A DNA stretch of 54,597 bases, the filler included, from Squatina squatina (lineage: Eukaryota), in NCBI GenBank assembly GCA_031763465.1. It is 3 parts of 3 records of this genome, joined end to end, with 100 filler letters (N's around TTAATTAATTAA, not from the genome) between each part and the next. Parts side by side here need not be neighbours in the genome. Positions count along the whole stretch, not along the records: positions 1 to 17,706 come from JARFOE010000234.1; positions 17,807 to 35,963 come from JARFOE010000080.1; 1 more part is not named here. One strand, 5' to 3'. The first letter of the stretch is position 1, and every line of letters starts with the position of its first letter. Made by a program: the position numbers and the translations under genes. Shown piece by piece: positions 12,870 through 25,512 of this stretch. The notes under the pieces are model-generated. The model was not told the origin of the DNA. It did not search any database and saw nothing but the letters and a program-made list of their open reading frames with translations.

Positions 12870-13270
12870 AAGATTTTTATGACAATTTATTATCCTCATT
12901 GAGATCCATGCTTTTGTTACCTCCAGACTTGACTATTCCATTGTCCTCCTGGCCGGTTTCCCAGTTACCAACCTCTATAAACTTGAGCTCATCNNNNNNN
13001 NNNATCCTAACTCGCATCAAGTCCTGCTCACCCGTCACCATAATTTTTTTGTGCGCGGTCCCTTAAAATGTCCGGCGTGGTATATCTTCCAGCGGCAGGA
13101 GCTGGTGAGCAGCCTGCGTGGGACTTCGTGATTGGGCGCAGCCACTTAGAGAGAACATTGCTACGCTCACCGACCTACATTCGCTCCCAGTACACCAACG
13201 CTTCAATTTTAAAATACTCATCCTTGTGTTCACCCCTCTCCATTTCTGTAACCTTATCCAGCCCTACAAT
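12870..13270 (+). mobile_element. L2 LINE fragment interrupted by a hAT-MITE-like insert (about 13040-13160)
   Basis: L2-like text (cctaactcgcatcaagtcctgctcacccgtcacc ... ctacgctcaccgacctacattcgctccc) is split by an insert ending agagagaacattg. Confidence 0.55.
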
Positions 13271-14238
13271 TAGAAGCATAAAGTTACATAGAAATTACAA
13301 CATAGCAAGAGGTCTGTCAGCTGTTTATCCTCAACATGAGCAGTAGTTCTAAGCCCATGTGCCCACCATATTCCCATGTTTTTTAATTCCTCTTTCCTTC
13401 AACCACCCATCTAACCTATTCTTAAATGGTAACATGGGCTTAGAAATTCTGGAGTTTAGCACTGGCCATTACCACCTGATTTGGGGAGAAAATGGCAGCT
13501 GCCGCATTTTCGCCCGCTGCCGGTAGGGCCTGCAATGGCTGGCATTTTCAGCAGCATTGCCATTGCTTGTGCTTGCCGAAAGTATTGTAATTAGTCAGTG
13601 CGTGACATCAATCAGCGTACAANNNNNNNNNNNNNNNNNNNNNNNNNNNNNNNNNNNNNNNNNNNNNNNNNNNNNNNNNNNNNNNNNNNNNNNNNNNNNN
13701 NNNNNNNNNNNNNNNNNNNNNNCCGCGGTGGGTTGGCGCGTGGCATCATAAAGACGCACGCCAACTCGCACTGCGCAGCTGCGACTGCCTGTGCATCCGG
13801 CGGGCGGAATTCACCAGTGGGACGCGGCCACTGCACCTGTCACTGCGACGGCCCTCTTGAAGGCCGTCTTAAAACTCTGCTGGCAGCCGGATCAGGCCAC
13901 CATCCCCTCGCCCGACTGGCGTGCCAGGCTGGTGGCTCGGTTGACGGCGTCCTTGGTGGCCTAATAGCGGACAACGGGGTNNNNNNNNNNGCTCATGATG
14001 TCAGCGCACTGCATCTGAAGTCAGCATGCAGCAATGCTGACGCACGCACTTACGTCGCTAGCGTGGCGCTGACACCACACCAGCGACGTCCCCGGCCTTC
14101 TGCCGGGAAGCAAGGCCGACATTGCTGCGCCTCGCTCCTGCAGCGGAACAATTAATTCTGTGGCAGGCGGGGGTTTCTGGAGCCGGCGCGAAAAATGCCA
14201 GCTCCTGCCCGCTACCACCTCGGAAGCGTCCCTGGTAA

Positions 14239-14403
<165 letters not shown>

Positions 14404-14504
14404 NNNNNNNNNNNNNNNNNNNNNNNNNNNNNNNNNNNNNNNNNNNNNNNNNNNNNNNNNNNNNNNNNNNNNNNNNNNNNNNNNNNNNNNNNNNNNNNNN
14501 NNNT

Positions 14505-14828
<324 letters not shown>

Positions 14829-15109
14829 TAAGTACAAAATCCAAAAGTGGAATTTTGTGGGTTTTATTTTTCCTTTTTATATTAGGTGGTGTAATTTTAC
14901 TGCAGATTTGGAATGGATGCTATGCTGTTTCTCACACACATGATTAACACTAATGTTCTTGCATTCTGCTGCTTATTAAGTCATTTGCAATTACTTCTGC
15001 CCTTCTACAGAGGCACATTATCAAAATAACACTTGACTTCCAGTTTTTCTTTGAATTAATAGATGCATGCGATCCTGTGATTTTTATGNNNNNNNNNNAC
15101 TATGACTAA

Positions 15110-15325
15110 AACTAACCTATATGAAAAATATACACAATGTAGGGCAAGAAGATATGTCAGCATGCAAAAAGATAGATTAATGTTTTGGGTGGACATCCTT
15201 TGTCAGGTATTCTGATGAAGGGTCTCCATCCAAAATGCCAACTTATCTTTTCCCTTTTCAGATTCTCACAGACCTGTGTTTCCAGTATTTTCTTGTGTTC
15301 ATTTCATATTTCCAACATCTGTAAC
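15110..15325. mobile_element. Palindromic Penelope-related short element with inverted degenerate hammerhead motifs
   Basis: 15183-15206 is an imperfect reverse complement of 15212-15235 (ctgatgaagggtctccatccaaaa). Confidence 0.55.
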
Positions 15326-15643
15326 TTTTTTTTCCACTCTTTTTGCAAGAGAAAAAAAACACGATTGCTTCAGATACTATATTCATTCAAAAAGAGGAAG
15401 GAGTCACTTCAACAGTACAGGTTTCCAACATACTATCATAACAGATTTAAAACTTAAGTCTGTAATGTATTTAAAAACAACCTCTACATGCACCAAAGTT
15501 TAAACAATCTGGATCCACCAGCATTAAAAGCTCCAACAAATCGNNNNNNNNNNNNNNNNNNNNNNNNNNNNNNNNNNNNNNNNNNNNNNNNNNNNNNNNN
15601 NNNNNNNNNNNNNNNNNNNNNNNNNNNNNNNNNNNNNNNNNNN

Positions 15644-15745
15644 CCCCATTAATCTCCGGTTCTTCTTCCTCTGGGTACGAGTCACAAACTGGCTTGGTCC
15701 TCCACCGGTCCAATCCCTCTCCCTATTATTGTGCAGTCTCATCTC
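15644..15745 (-). mobile_element. Possible Harbinger/PIF Myb/SANT-protein gene relic
   Basis: After acceptor ccttttacag|, reads EMRLHNNRERDWTGGGP, resembling the xxHNxRExxxTGGG motif of Harbinger Myb-like proteins. Confidence 0.4.
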
Positions 15746-16399
15746 CTGTAAAAGGGGTAGGCGAGAGTTATGAGTAGCTGATGAAGTTGTGTGGTGCTTC
15801 TGGATGTAGTGAATAAGGTGAAATTCTTTCATATTTCACTTTTTTATTGCTGCAAGATTTCAATCATTATCAATTAATACTGAATATTAAAGTAAGTTAA
15901 TTGAGACTACACTTCCAGAGCAAAGCCTTGTTAGATGGGAACATGAGTCAGAGATATGGCTACAACGCAACAGACCTGATTCTCTGACCCATGCTCTCAT
16001 CTAGTGACACTGTTGTGCGAGAGCAGTTTGTTGAATTTGCCCTCAAGTTACCGATCTTTTTCAGTCTTTAAATGTAATAGTTCAGAACCATTCAAGCTTT
16101 TCTCTCTTCAAAGACTGAAAAAAATTGGTAATTTAAGGGCAAATTATTATTGGCCTGGATTTTCTGCTGGGTTGCTAGTCTCAGCTGAAGTGGTGTGAGG
16201 AGGCACAAAGTGAATATGCAACGAAACCCACTTGCTCCCCCTTCTCTGGAGGCTTGGGACCAAGTTGCCCATATGCACTTCATATGAACTTCATTCCAAC
16301 CTGCCTCAAAATAAAAAATGATTTTCCTTCAAAACAATTGAGTGTATGTGGGATGGGAAAGTGGTACCCATGCTAGGTGACATTGTTAATGGTTCCCTT

Positions 16400-16825
16400 T
16401 CCCCAGATAGTTTTGCCCTCCCTTTCAGAAAACCCACCCTTTATCCCTCTGTCCTTGAAATCTATCACCCCACCTCCAATCTCCGCTTCCTCTCCACAGC
16501 TCTTGAACACATTCTCACACCCAAATCTGTGCCTATCTCTCCTGCAGCTCCCTGTTTGTATCTCTCCAATCTAGTTTCACTCCTCACAGCACTGAAACAG
16601 CCCATTCAAAGCCACAAATGTGTGACTATGACCATGGTGCGTTATTCCTCCTCTTTCTCCTCAACCTCTCTGCAGCCTTTGGCATAATCAATCACAACAG
16701 CCACTTCTTAACACCTCTTCTCCGTTGTCCAGCCCAGTGGGACGACCCTTGCTTAGTTCCACTCGTTGGCATCTCTGTGAAGCTTTGGGATGTTTTTCTA
16801 TGTTAAAGATGCCCTGTAAATACAA
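16400..16825 (+). mobile_element. Degenerate L2 LINE fragments with 3' tail
   Basis: LFLLNLSAAFGIINH resembles the L2 RT motif LLDLSAAFDTVDH; tail ctgtgaagctttgggatgtttttctatgttaaag. Confidence 0.6.
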
Positions 16826-17706
16826 GGCCAGCAGCAGAGGACTTAAAGCAGCTGCCAAAGTCGAAGAACTTCCCTCAGTAATCATCTTCTAATTGACCTC
16901 TATTCCCCAAGGGAAGACCTGAGCAGAAGTTTTAAAGGGACAGCACAGGTTAATCACAACTCTCTCTTGGCAGTTAAACATCATAGCCATGTTGCAGGTT
17001 CACAAGCAACTATCATGGACAAAATATATTAAAATAACAGCAAGAACTATGAAATAAACCATTCCACTCCCCCTTCCCCACATACACTCACTTTGTTTTT
17101 AAAGAAAATCAACTTTTTTGAGATAGGTTGAAATGAAGGTCAGGCACTTTTTTGATGTATGGTACAAGCTCTCAGAAAAGTCTATTAAATTTCATACTAA
17201 ACAAATTATATACTTAAGAGCAAACATGTGTATTCTGGTTACATGTATGCTTTATCTCAGTGTTGCCATACAATTATGCAGGGGAATCATCTTCAGTACT
17301 TACAAACTAAAATGAAATGGTAGCCATAAATTTCTCCTTTAATACAGATAAAATTCATATTTGCCTTCCTTTCTTACATAATCAAACAGCAAGTAACGCT
17401 TTTCACATAACATTGACAGCTGGAAAATAAATACCAGTTGATTGAAAGAGTCTGTCTAAATAAAGAGCTTCCCATGTAGGGGTTCAAAGGTGAATCTTTG
17501 CTCATTTCTTCAGCTCTATATCTCAGCACAAACATAAACACATTCATTCTCAGGAAGGTATGTTTGTTTTAACTTTTGTGGTACAGGCAATGGCAATGGC
17601 CAATTTATTCTCAAAATACATCATTGGCAGGATTCCAGCCATATCTCGTGTCATCGTAGGTCATGAATGGGTTTATGTAGCAACTGCACCAGCAGTTCCA
17701 AATTTA

Positions 17707-17806
17707 NNNNNNNNNNNNNNNNNNNNNNNNNNNNNNNNNNNNNNNNNNNNTTAATTAATTAANNNNNNNNNNNNNNNNNNNNNNNNNNNNNNNNNNNNNN
17801 NNNNNN
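17707..17806. other. Synthetic scaffold-concatenation linker
   Basis: N44-TTAATTAATTAA-N44, exactly 100 nt, with stops in all six frames. Confidence 0.95.
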
Positions 17807-17933
17807 AAAATACATAACTATAATTGTATTAAGTTTCCCTTAGTTACAGTTTAAGATACCAGTTCAAAAGGAATGAATTAGATTTTAGCTTTTAACACGC
17901 AATAGGCATATACATAAAACAAGTAGATGGTAC

Positions 17934-18054
17934 CTTCTTCATATCGTTCCTCTAAAATATAAGCTTCTGCTCGGTCTTTCAATGCATTTATATTGCTTGC
18001 ATCCTGCTCCAATACTTGCGTGCAGGTTTTGATGGCTTCTTTTGCTTGTTGGTT
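17934..18054 (-). CDS. DNAJC3: DnaJ homolog C3 (P58IPK) internal TPR exon
   Basis: atttag|NQQAKEAIKTCTQVLEQDASNINALKDRAEAYILEERYEE|gtacc; NALKDRAEAY is DNAJC3-like. Confidence 0.93.
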
Positions 18055-19006
18055 CTAAATCAGAGATTATATTAACAGTAGAATACTATTTAAAGGAGCA
18101 CTATCTTCATGAATTACTTACCAATCTTCTTTGGAAGGAAAAAGAGCTATACATTTTTTTTTTAAATTGTGCATACATGATGCAATGTGTTTTAATCAGA
18201 TCTATGGTACGTGCAAATGGACTAAGTGCCCAATTTTCTTTTATACAAGATTCATTCAAAACCCAATTGCAATCCGTAAAAAGATGAATGGCTAAGACAC
18301 AATGAAAAATGTTATTAACTTTAAGTTATGACTTGAGGCAGAGGAGGTGCAGAAGTCAATTAACCTGTGGCAAATTGTGTTCAAGAATGTCAGTCTGGTG
18401 TGTCAATCATCCACTTCAGTTTATATTTAATGAATTCTACATAGTCACTGGGCACCCAATTGGTCTTTAAGTTTGTGGCTATATGGGACCAATAAAGTGT
18501 AAATTTAGCAGCTGTTTTGCACCATGATTTTAAGCCACAGAATTGGTCTATTGGAAANNNNNNNNNNNNNNNNNNNNNNNNNNNNNNNNNNNNNNNNNNN
18601 NNNNNNNNNNNNNNNNNNNNNNNNNNNNNNNNNNNNNNNNNNNNNNNNNNNNNNNNNAAATAATCGCCGAGAAAATCAATTGATTGTACAAAGGACATAC
18701 TTATTTCCATAAGCATCAAAACTCCGTGGTGGCATGCAACAGCTGAGTACGTGGATACACACCTCGGCATATCCTACTTCTTTCAAAGGCAGAAGGCAGC
18801 TATACAACAGCTGAGTGCCCTTCCAGCAAGTCACGGCGGGCCCGGTCACTCACTCAGTCAGTCTAATGATGAGCAAACACATGGGCGCTGGGCCGAGGGG
18901 GAAGCCATACACAATTAAACTAGTGGGAATTCAAAGTTTGAGTAAAGGACACGGATCACCTCGATCGCTCATGCAAGAGCCGCTTGCTCCTCGCCCTTGC
19001 CCTTAC

Positions 19007-19088
19007 CCTCACACTGAAGATCAATGAGAACCAGCAGGAAGGGGAAATACGAGAACACTTTAGTCAGACAGGCTCGTGGCGCCACCAT
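19007..19088 (-). CDS. DNAJC3: DNAJC3 first coding exon (signal peptide)
   Basis: MVAPRACLTKVFSYFPFLLVLIDLQCE|gtaagg; compare human MVAPGSVTSRLGSVFPFLLVLVDLQYE. Confidence 0.95.
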
Positions 19089-19474
19089 CCCGGACAGTAA
19101 CGGCCTGGAGCCCCGTTCAAATCCTGCGGCGGTACGGCCCCGCGCCAGAGGCTTGGTCCCGCACTCGGGAGCCGAGCCGGGCCGTCCCGAGTCTGTCTGC
19201 CTGCGGTCCTGCTGCAGCTGCGCGCGCCCAGTTGTCAAATCCTCCTCTCCAATGTCCTCCGGCCCCCCTCGCAGCTCGGTGCTCAGCCTGAGTGCGTGTC
19301 CAGTGTCCAGCATCCAGCAACTGCTCGCGCTCGCTCCCCCAGGCCCCACTTCAAGCAGCACCGAACCCCGCCCCATCAATCGTGGGCTGCTCTGATTGGA
19401 CAACGAGAGAGGAAGGCCGTCACACCCACAGCCTTCAAGCTGCGCAACGTGGAGCTCCGCCACAAGTCGAGTCC
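19060..19474 (-). promoter_or_regulatory. CpG-island promoter/5'UTR of DNAJC3 with GC box
   Basis: High CpG density; ccccgcccc at about 19366-19374. Confidence 0.8.
19381..19399 (-). promoter_or_regulatory. ER stress response element (ERSE-I, CCAAT-N9-CCACG)
   Basis: Minus strand reads CCAAT cagagcagc CCACG, an exact consensus, about 290 nt upstream of the DNAJC3 ATG. Confidence 0.9.
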
Positions 19475-19689
19475 NNNNNNNNNNNNNNNNNNNNNNNNNN
19501 NNNNNNNNNNNNNNNNNNNNNNNNNNNNNNNNNNNNNNNNNNNNNNNNNNNNNNNNNNNNNNNNNNNNNNNNNNTCTGATACTTGATTGAATTTATATAT
19601 CATTGCAAGATCAAAACAATGTTGGTTTTATTTTTAATCTATTAATAGTTTAAGCATTTCATATACTTTTTTCTCATTTCATGTTCTAG

Positions 19690-20192
19690 GATGTGGTTGA
19701 ATGGGATATCGGCAGAACATTTTTTTCACAATCCGCTTTCAGATAGCACTCCATTGCAGTCAGCATTAACAGCAGGAGTGTGCAGAGGTCAGATTCCTCG
19801 CTTTAAATTCAAAAATCGTCATGAAAATGTCGACTGGAGGAGAATTAGTGCCATTGATGTGGACAGAGTGACCAATGAACTGGATTTTGTCACTTTGCAG
19901 GAAAATATAATGAATATCACCTTTTGCAACATGGATGCTGAAAACTGTCCTTATTGCCAAAACCCACTGGATCCTGCCCTGCTGAAAATGTTCAGATTAG
20001 CACAACTCACCATTGAATATCTTCTTCATTCTCAGGAATACCTAACATCTAATTTGCAGGTGTATGAAGAAAAATTGCAAGCGTCAGAATCTGGAAAAGT
20101 GCAAATAAAAAAGGAACTTTGCAAATTAGCTGATGAGATGAAGTCTCAGAAAGAGGAATGTAAACGCAGAAAGCCGATAATTTCTACCCAAC
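19690..20192 (+). CDS. DZIP1: DZIP1 exon (Dzip-like N-terminal domain), truncated by gap
   Basis: ttctag|; FKFKNRHENVDWRRISAIDVDRV...TLQENIMNITFC...RLAQLTIEYLLHSQEYL...KEECKRRK. Position between DNAJC3 and CLDN10 favours DZIP1 over DZIP1L. Confidence 0.93.
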
Positions 20193-20553
20193 NNNNNNNN
20201 NNNNNNNNNNNNNNNNNNNNNNNNNNNNNNNNNNNNNNNNNNNNNNNNNNNNNNNNNNNNNNNNNNNNNNNNNNNNNNNNNNNNNNNNNNNNGATGAGTT
20301 TGAAATATTACAGGTGTGCAGGTGCTTTCATTTTATTCCACTTCGGAGATCTGGTTTTGCACTGATGTTCATGTGGACATGGCTAGTAGAGAAGAGTACA
20401 AATGCAGTAGTTTTAAAAATACAGTGTTTCTGCAATGCATTTGTTCTGAGATTTGTGCTATTATCATGGGGACGGTCCTGTCATCTGTGAATAAAATACC
20501 TTTACATACTCATTTAGCATTTTACAGACTTAATGTTGCCTGATTTATTTTAG

Positions 20554-20715
20554 GAACTTGAAAATAGAACAATGAAAGAAGAAGAAACAAAAAAAAACTT
20601 TGAAAGATGGAAGGAAGAAGAAAAAAAGAAGCTGAACAGCGAGATGGAGAAAATGAAAGAAATGTTTGTTGATGAGTTTAAAGAAATGACCAAAAAGAAT
20701 GCTGCATTGGAAACA
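20554..20715 (+). CDS. DZIP1: DZIP1 coiled-coil exon
   Basis: ttttag|[54 protein letters not shown]|gtaagt. Confidence 0.9.
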
Positions 20716-21540
20716 GTAAGTAAACATGTAGGCCTATAATACTGTACATTTTGGGGCTGAAATTCATCTCCTGCTGCACCCTATTGGCACCTCTGAGGGG
20801 AGGTAATAGGGNNNNNNNNNNNNNNNNNNNNNNNNNNNNNNNNNNNNNNNNNNNNNNNNNNNNNNNNNNNNNNNNNNNNNNNNNNNNNNNNNNNNNNNNN
20901 NNNNNNNNNNNATGTTTATAGTGTCTAGTGTTTAGTAATAAAAAGATTCTTTTGCTTGAAATTTAAAGTATTTGAGACGTTTGTACCTGGTAGGTTATAC
21001 GTAAGGTCAAGAACTCACAGAGGGATAGTAAGGTAATACCTAGAAAAGCTTACAGTGGTGATTTGCAATTCATGGGGTATCTCTTCCTCACCACAAGTTG
21101 CAGGACGATTTACATTAATAGCGCTTAGTGTCATTAAACTCTGTTATTTTGGCAGCAAGTTCTAGGCCAATAAACATGCCAGTTTTCACTAACTATCCTA
21201 ACAACACTGAGCTTTTTTTTTGTGTACTGACTTCTATTTGAACATCATATACTATCTGTATATTCAGCAATCAGTATTCCATTTCAAAGTCTGAACATTT
21301 TGTCATCATATAATGGCATGTGGGCAAAATGTTAAATTGTAAAATCAATTCAGTAGCTTACCCATTTTTCTTGCTACATTTTGCACGGCTTTGTGGAAGT
21401 ATTAGATTATGTTCAGTATCCAAACACGGTTTTCTTTCAGCTGGATTGAAGTGTTTAATTAAAACTGAAGTACCTTCAAAGAACAGAATTTATGTGGTGC
21501 ACATTGCTCTGTTATATAGGGAAACATTTTATATATTCAG

Positions 21541-21636
21541 GTTTCTCACAGACAAGTTAAAAAAGCTGAAAACATGTGTAATGACCAAACAAACATCAAA
21601 TGGGTCACAATAACCTTTGATACCAAACGAGAGGCA
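21541..21636 (+). CDS. Possible DZIP1 internal exon (96 nt)
   Basis: ttcag|VSHRQVKKAENMCNDQTNIKWVTITFDTKREA|gtaagg; frame-preserving, homology not recognised. Confidence 0.35.
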
Positions 21637-23983
21637 GTAAGGTAGATATGTAACTTTCTTTGAAGCACTTACAATGATCCTGAAGTTTTTTTCATTTAGT
21701 GGGAGCACCATTTAAAGCAGGTAGCTACTTAATTCCTCCATTCAGATTTTTGGGACTCAGAGTTATTAGAAGTCCAAAGACTGTTGTTAATTTCCATGTT
21801 TATCTGTTTATTTTAATTATTTATCTAGTTGCTATTTCTCATTCAATGTTCAATTTTGATTTGTTTTATTATATTCAGAAAACAATTCAATTTGATTTGA
21901 TGACAGCTTGAGATAGTGAAACATTAAGAAGGGCATTTTGAAAGCTGAAGGCCAAAAGGAGAGTTACTGCAACTAAAAGACTTGTTTAAGAAGCTGTAAA
22001 GGATTTTGCTTGACTAGCTTCCACAGTAATGAGCCAAAATGTGATTTACTTTGATCACAATCCCTTGATCGTATGACTTGAGTACAGATGAGCAACAGAA
22101 GCCTGCTTTTATTTATTTGCTCATGGTCTATGTGGTGGAGAAGTGAAGATTACAAACTAGTTGGAACTAAATGGCTGTTTGCTCCACAATGATGTTACTG
22201 ATACGTATCCTCAAATAGAGTTCTTATATTTCATTTAAATTTATGGCCTGCCAATTGAAATCAGTATAATTTGCATTTACCACATAAAAATATAAATTTT
22301 AAAACCAGAGATTTGATTTCACCCTCCCCCCCGCCCACCACCCACACCCTGAGTCATTTTTAAGATTAATTTGAGACTTTTTAGTGGGGAGAGAAAGGAA
22401 AGTTACAAATATTTATATTTTCATGTCATCTTCAATAACTGCTGGTGGCAAAGCTATTTTTAACCTTGGTAATATTAAATTATAGGATATCAGCATTGAG
22501 GCTATGATTGCAACAATAAATAAGTCCACCAACTTGATTTAGAAAATAACCTTTGGATCCCTTATTATCTTGTTTGGTAATTCTCTACATGGTAGTTGTT
22601 CCTTTTGTCTATAAACTTTTAAAAATCAACTTTCAATGTGAATGCGTACTTAATCAATTTTTTACAATTGGATTGTAAAACTGCAAACTAAGCTCAGTAA
22701 CGATTTGGAAGGCATGGTTTTTAATATGTTAGTGCCTATTTTAGTATTCTGTGTTTCCTTGTATCAAAACAATAACTGGTATGGTAAAGTACTGAGATAA
22801 CCTCTGGTTTCTCGTTGATTTTTGACTAATTGTACTGCACAGGAACAATACCAGATGATCGATGTAAACTTAAACAGAAATCTTAGAATGTGCAATATAA
22901 GCAGTAGTTGTTGTTTTAAGTTCAGTGTGCTGCAGCTTTTGCATTTGGTAATATTTGGTGTCTTATTATATCCCAGTGAGATCAACATCAATACAGAATT
23001 TAAGGTCCTAACGCAATTTAAGGCCACGATTTTAACTCACGGCCAGTTTTCTACAGATAAGCAGAGGTGTGAATTAGAAACTCACCACAACTCCAGAAAT
23101 TAGGTCCAGGGTACTTTAACTCTGAGGCCTCATTTAAATCCTGCCAACCGATTTCCCACCCGCTCTGGGTGGGACTGCAACGTTAAATGACGTTAAATCA
23201 CACGGCCCACAGGCCATCTGNNNNNNNNNNNNNNNNNNNNNNNNNNNNNNNNNNNNNNNNNNNNNNNNNNNNNNNNNNNNNNNNNNNNNNNNNNNNNNNN
23301 NNNNNNNNNNNNNNNNNNNNTTAGCCACGCTGCCGGTGCAACCACACGTGCACAAGCAGTGTCTCCGTCCCCCTGCCTTAAAGGCAAGGGCCGCTGGCTT
23401 GCCATTACGCTGGGGATCCAAGGGCACTAGCCCACCAGGGATCCCCGGGACCCGGAGCAGAAATGTGCCGCAAACAACATTTTTGGGGGGAAACTGGTCA
23501 TTGCCAAAGTTAGTGGTGTCGTGGGGGAGGCTGCCTCCAAATCTGGTGGCGGTACCCCCGCAGCGCACAGTGGGGGTCGCACACAGGTGCTGAGGCATCA
23601 GCATGTAACATTATGATGTCACGCATCCAAGCCGTCGCCAACAGTGTTCCCTGGCCCAATACACTGCCAGGGTGCCAGTCCCAATAAAGCTTTTTTAAAG
23701 TTTTGGCCTCAACTCTGATTTCACGCCTGGGTTGCGTTTCTACTTGGCACTACCCGGGCGTGAGGTTGGTCCAATTGGGACCCCTTTAGCTCCTATTTGA
23801 GCGAACTAAATTTTAATTCAACCTCTGCACTAAGAGTAGTTTCACCTCAATAGTTTATCATCCATTACACCTGGTTGTAATATTTCTGGTTTATGAGGTG
23901 AGGTAGTGAATACTATTAGTCAGAACATATTCACAATTCTCAGATTGGTGTCATCAATAATTTGGAACACATTCATTTTCTAG

Positions 23984-24152
23984 GGTGCTCAAGGCATCTC
24001 TGAAGGGCAGCTTACGAGAATTCTGGATACCGTTGATTCCGACAGGGAAGAAAAAACAAAAGTGTTTCCAAACTTTTATCTCTTTCGCGAAAGCTTGTCA
24101 CGCAAGGTTGAGGATCAGTTTCAAGGAAAAGACAGTCTTTGTCAGTTAAAAC
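23984..24152 (+). CDS. DZIP1: DZIP1 exon
   Basis: ttctag|GAQGISEGQLTRILDTVDSDREEKTKVFPNFYLFRESLSRKV...|gtaaga; similar to human ..RGISSDQLHRVLKSVESER..PNFHQIRE. Confidence 0.8.
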
Positions 24153-25376
24153 GTAAGACTCGTTGCATCTCTACATGACTAGATTGTATATGTTAACAGT
24201 TTCTCTAACAATGGGAGTGTAAAAATTTTGGTTTTGGTACAAAGCAAAGAATATGACAGTTATGCTACTGCATCTATTCATAATAAATATTTTTCTTTTA
24301 GTAATTTGATTTAACTGCTTTCAAAGATACATAATTCTCTTGAAATTCTTGTGGTTAATTAGATAATTCCTGCTGTTTTTGATTATTAATATATTGTTTA
24401 AAAACTACAATAATTTGCGGAAGAATGTAGTGCAGTCCAGTAAGACTTTGGGACTGCTTTTAATCTCACTACTGCCCTGTTTACCCCTGTAGATGGGGCA
24501 GTAATGAGAAGAAAAGAGTTGGGAAGGGGACACTGGAAGTCTGCCTGTTCCGATTTTTGGGCAAATCTTGATTTGGGTGACCAGCGTTCCCTCAGAAACA
24601 AGTGGGGACCTATTGAAAATATTCAAACGGGATTAGCTTAAATTAGCAAGAGCCCAAACTACATTTTACTTTCAATCAGCACTGTCACTGCTACTTCCTC
24701 AACCCACCATAAACCATGAACGATGCAGATCAGGAGGCAGCCACTACAGCACTATTTAAAGGGGTCCTTAACTACAGTCATGGAAAGCTAGAAACAGGCT
24801 AATTTTTTCAGTCTCGTGAGATTTTTGATCCTTAAAAGCTTCAATGAGCTTATCTCCCTGGTACTGTGTGGGTTTATAAATTTCCCGGTCGCTGAAATCT
24901 GCTGCTCCCTTAACCCCATCCGGAACCCTCTTCCCCTCCACTTTCTCCTGATCCCATCCCTTCTNNNNNNNNNNNNNNNNNNNNNNNNNNNNNNNNNNNN
25001 NNNNNNNNNNNNNNNNNNNNNNNNNNNNNNNNNNNNNNNNNNNNNNNNNNNNNNNNNNNNNNNNGGTACAGCAAGCACTTAGGAAAGCAAATGTATTATT
25101 GTTAACATGTATTACTGAGGGATTGAAGTATAATCTTAAAACAAGGAAATTAGTTGCATCAAAAGTTAATACAGAATGATTTATTTTTCCATAAAGCTAT
25201 GTATAGACAAAAATATTCCATCAGGTCAAAAACAACAATTTTAAACAGTTGCTTTTGGAATTATTGTGAGAAACAAAGGCAAATGTTATCTATTTTTGTA
25301 AATTAAAGGAAATTTTCTTATGGACTGAACTTGATTAAAGTAGTCATATCTTTATCTTATTTGTGGTTTGTTTTTA

Positions 25377-25512
25377 TTAAACATATGCATTCTTATCAAA
25401 TTGCTTTGGTGGAATCCCTGTGTTTCTAGCTGACCTCATGTCTTCTGCAATATTGTGTGCCTTTGTCCGAGAAGAAAAAACGGACGCTGTAGCACTGTAG
25501 CCGTAACCCACT
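25377..25512 (-). CDS. CLDN10: Claudin-10 last exon, copy A
   Basis: ttctttcag|..VGYGYSATASVFSSRTKAHNIAEDMRSARNTGIPPKQFDKNAYV*; KQFDKNAYV is the CLDN10 C-terminus with the PDZ-binding YV. Confidence 0.92.

Noticed and set aside
13068-13110. RIOK2 first exon (ATG...gtgag)
   Set aside because: The peptide does not resemble the RIOK2 N-terminus and lies inside a transposon insert.
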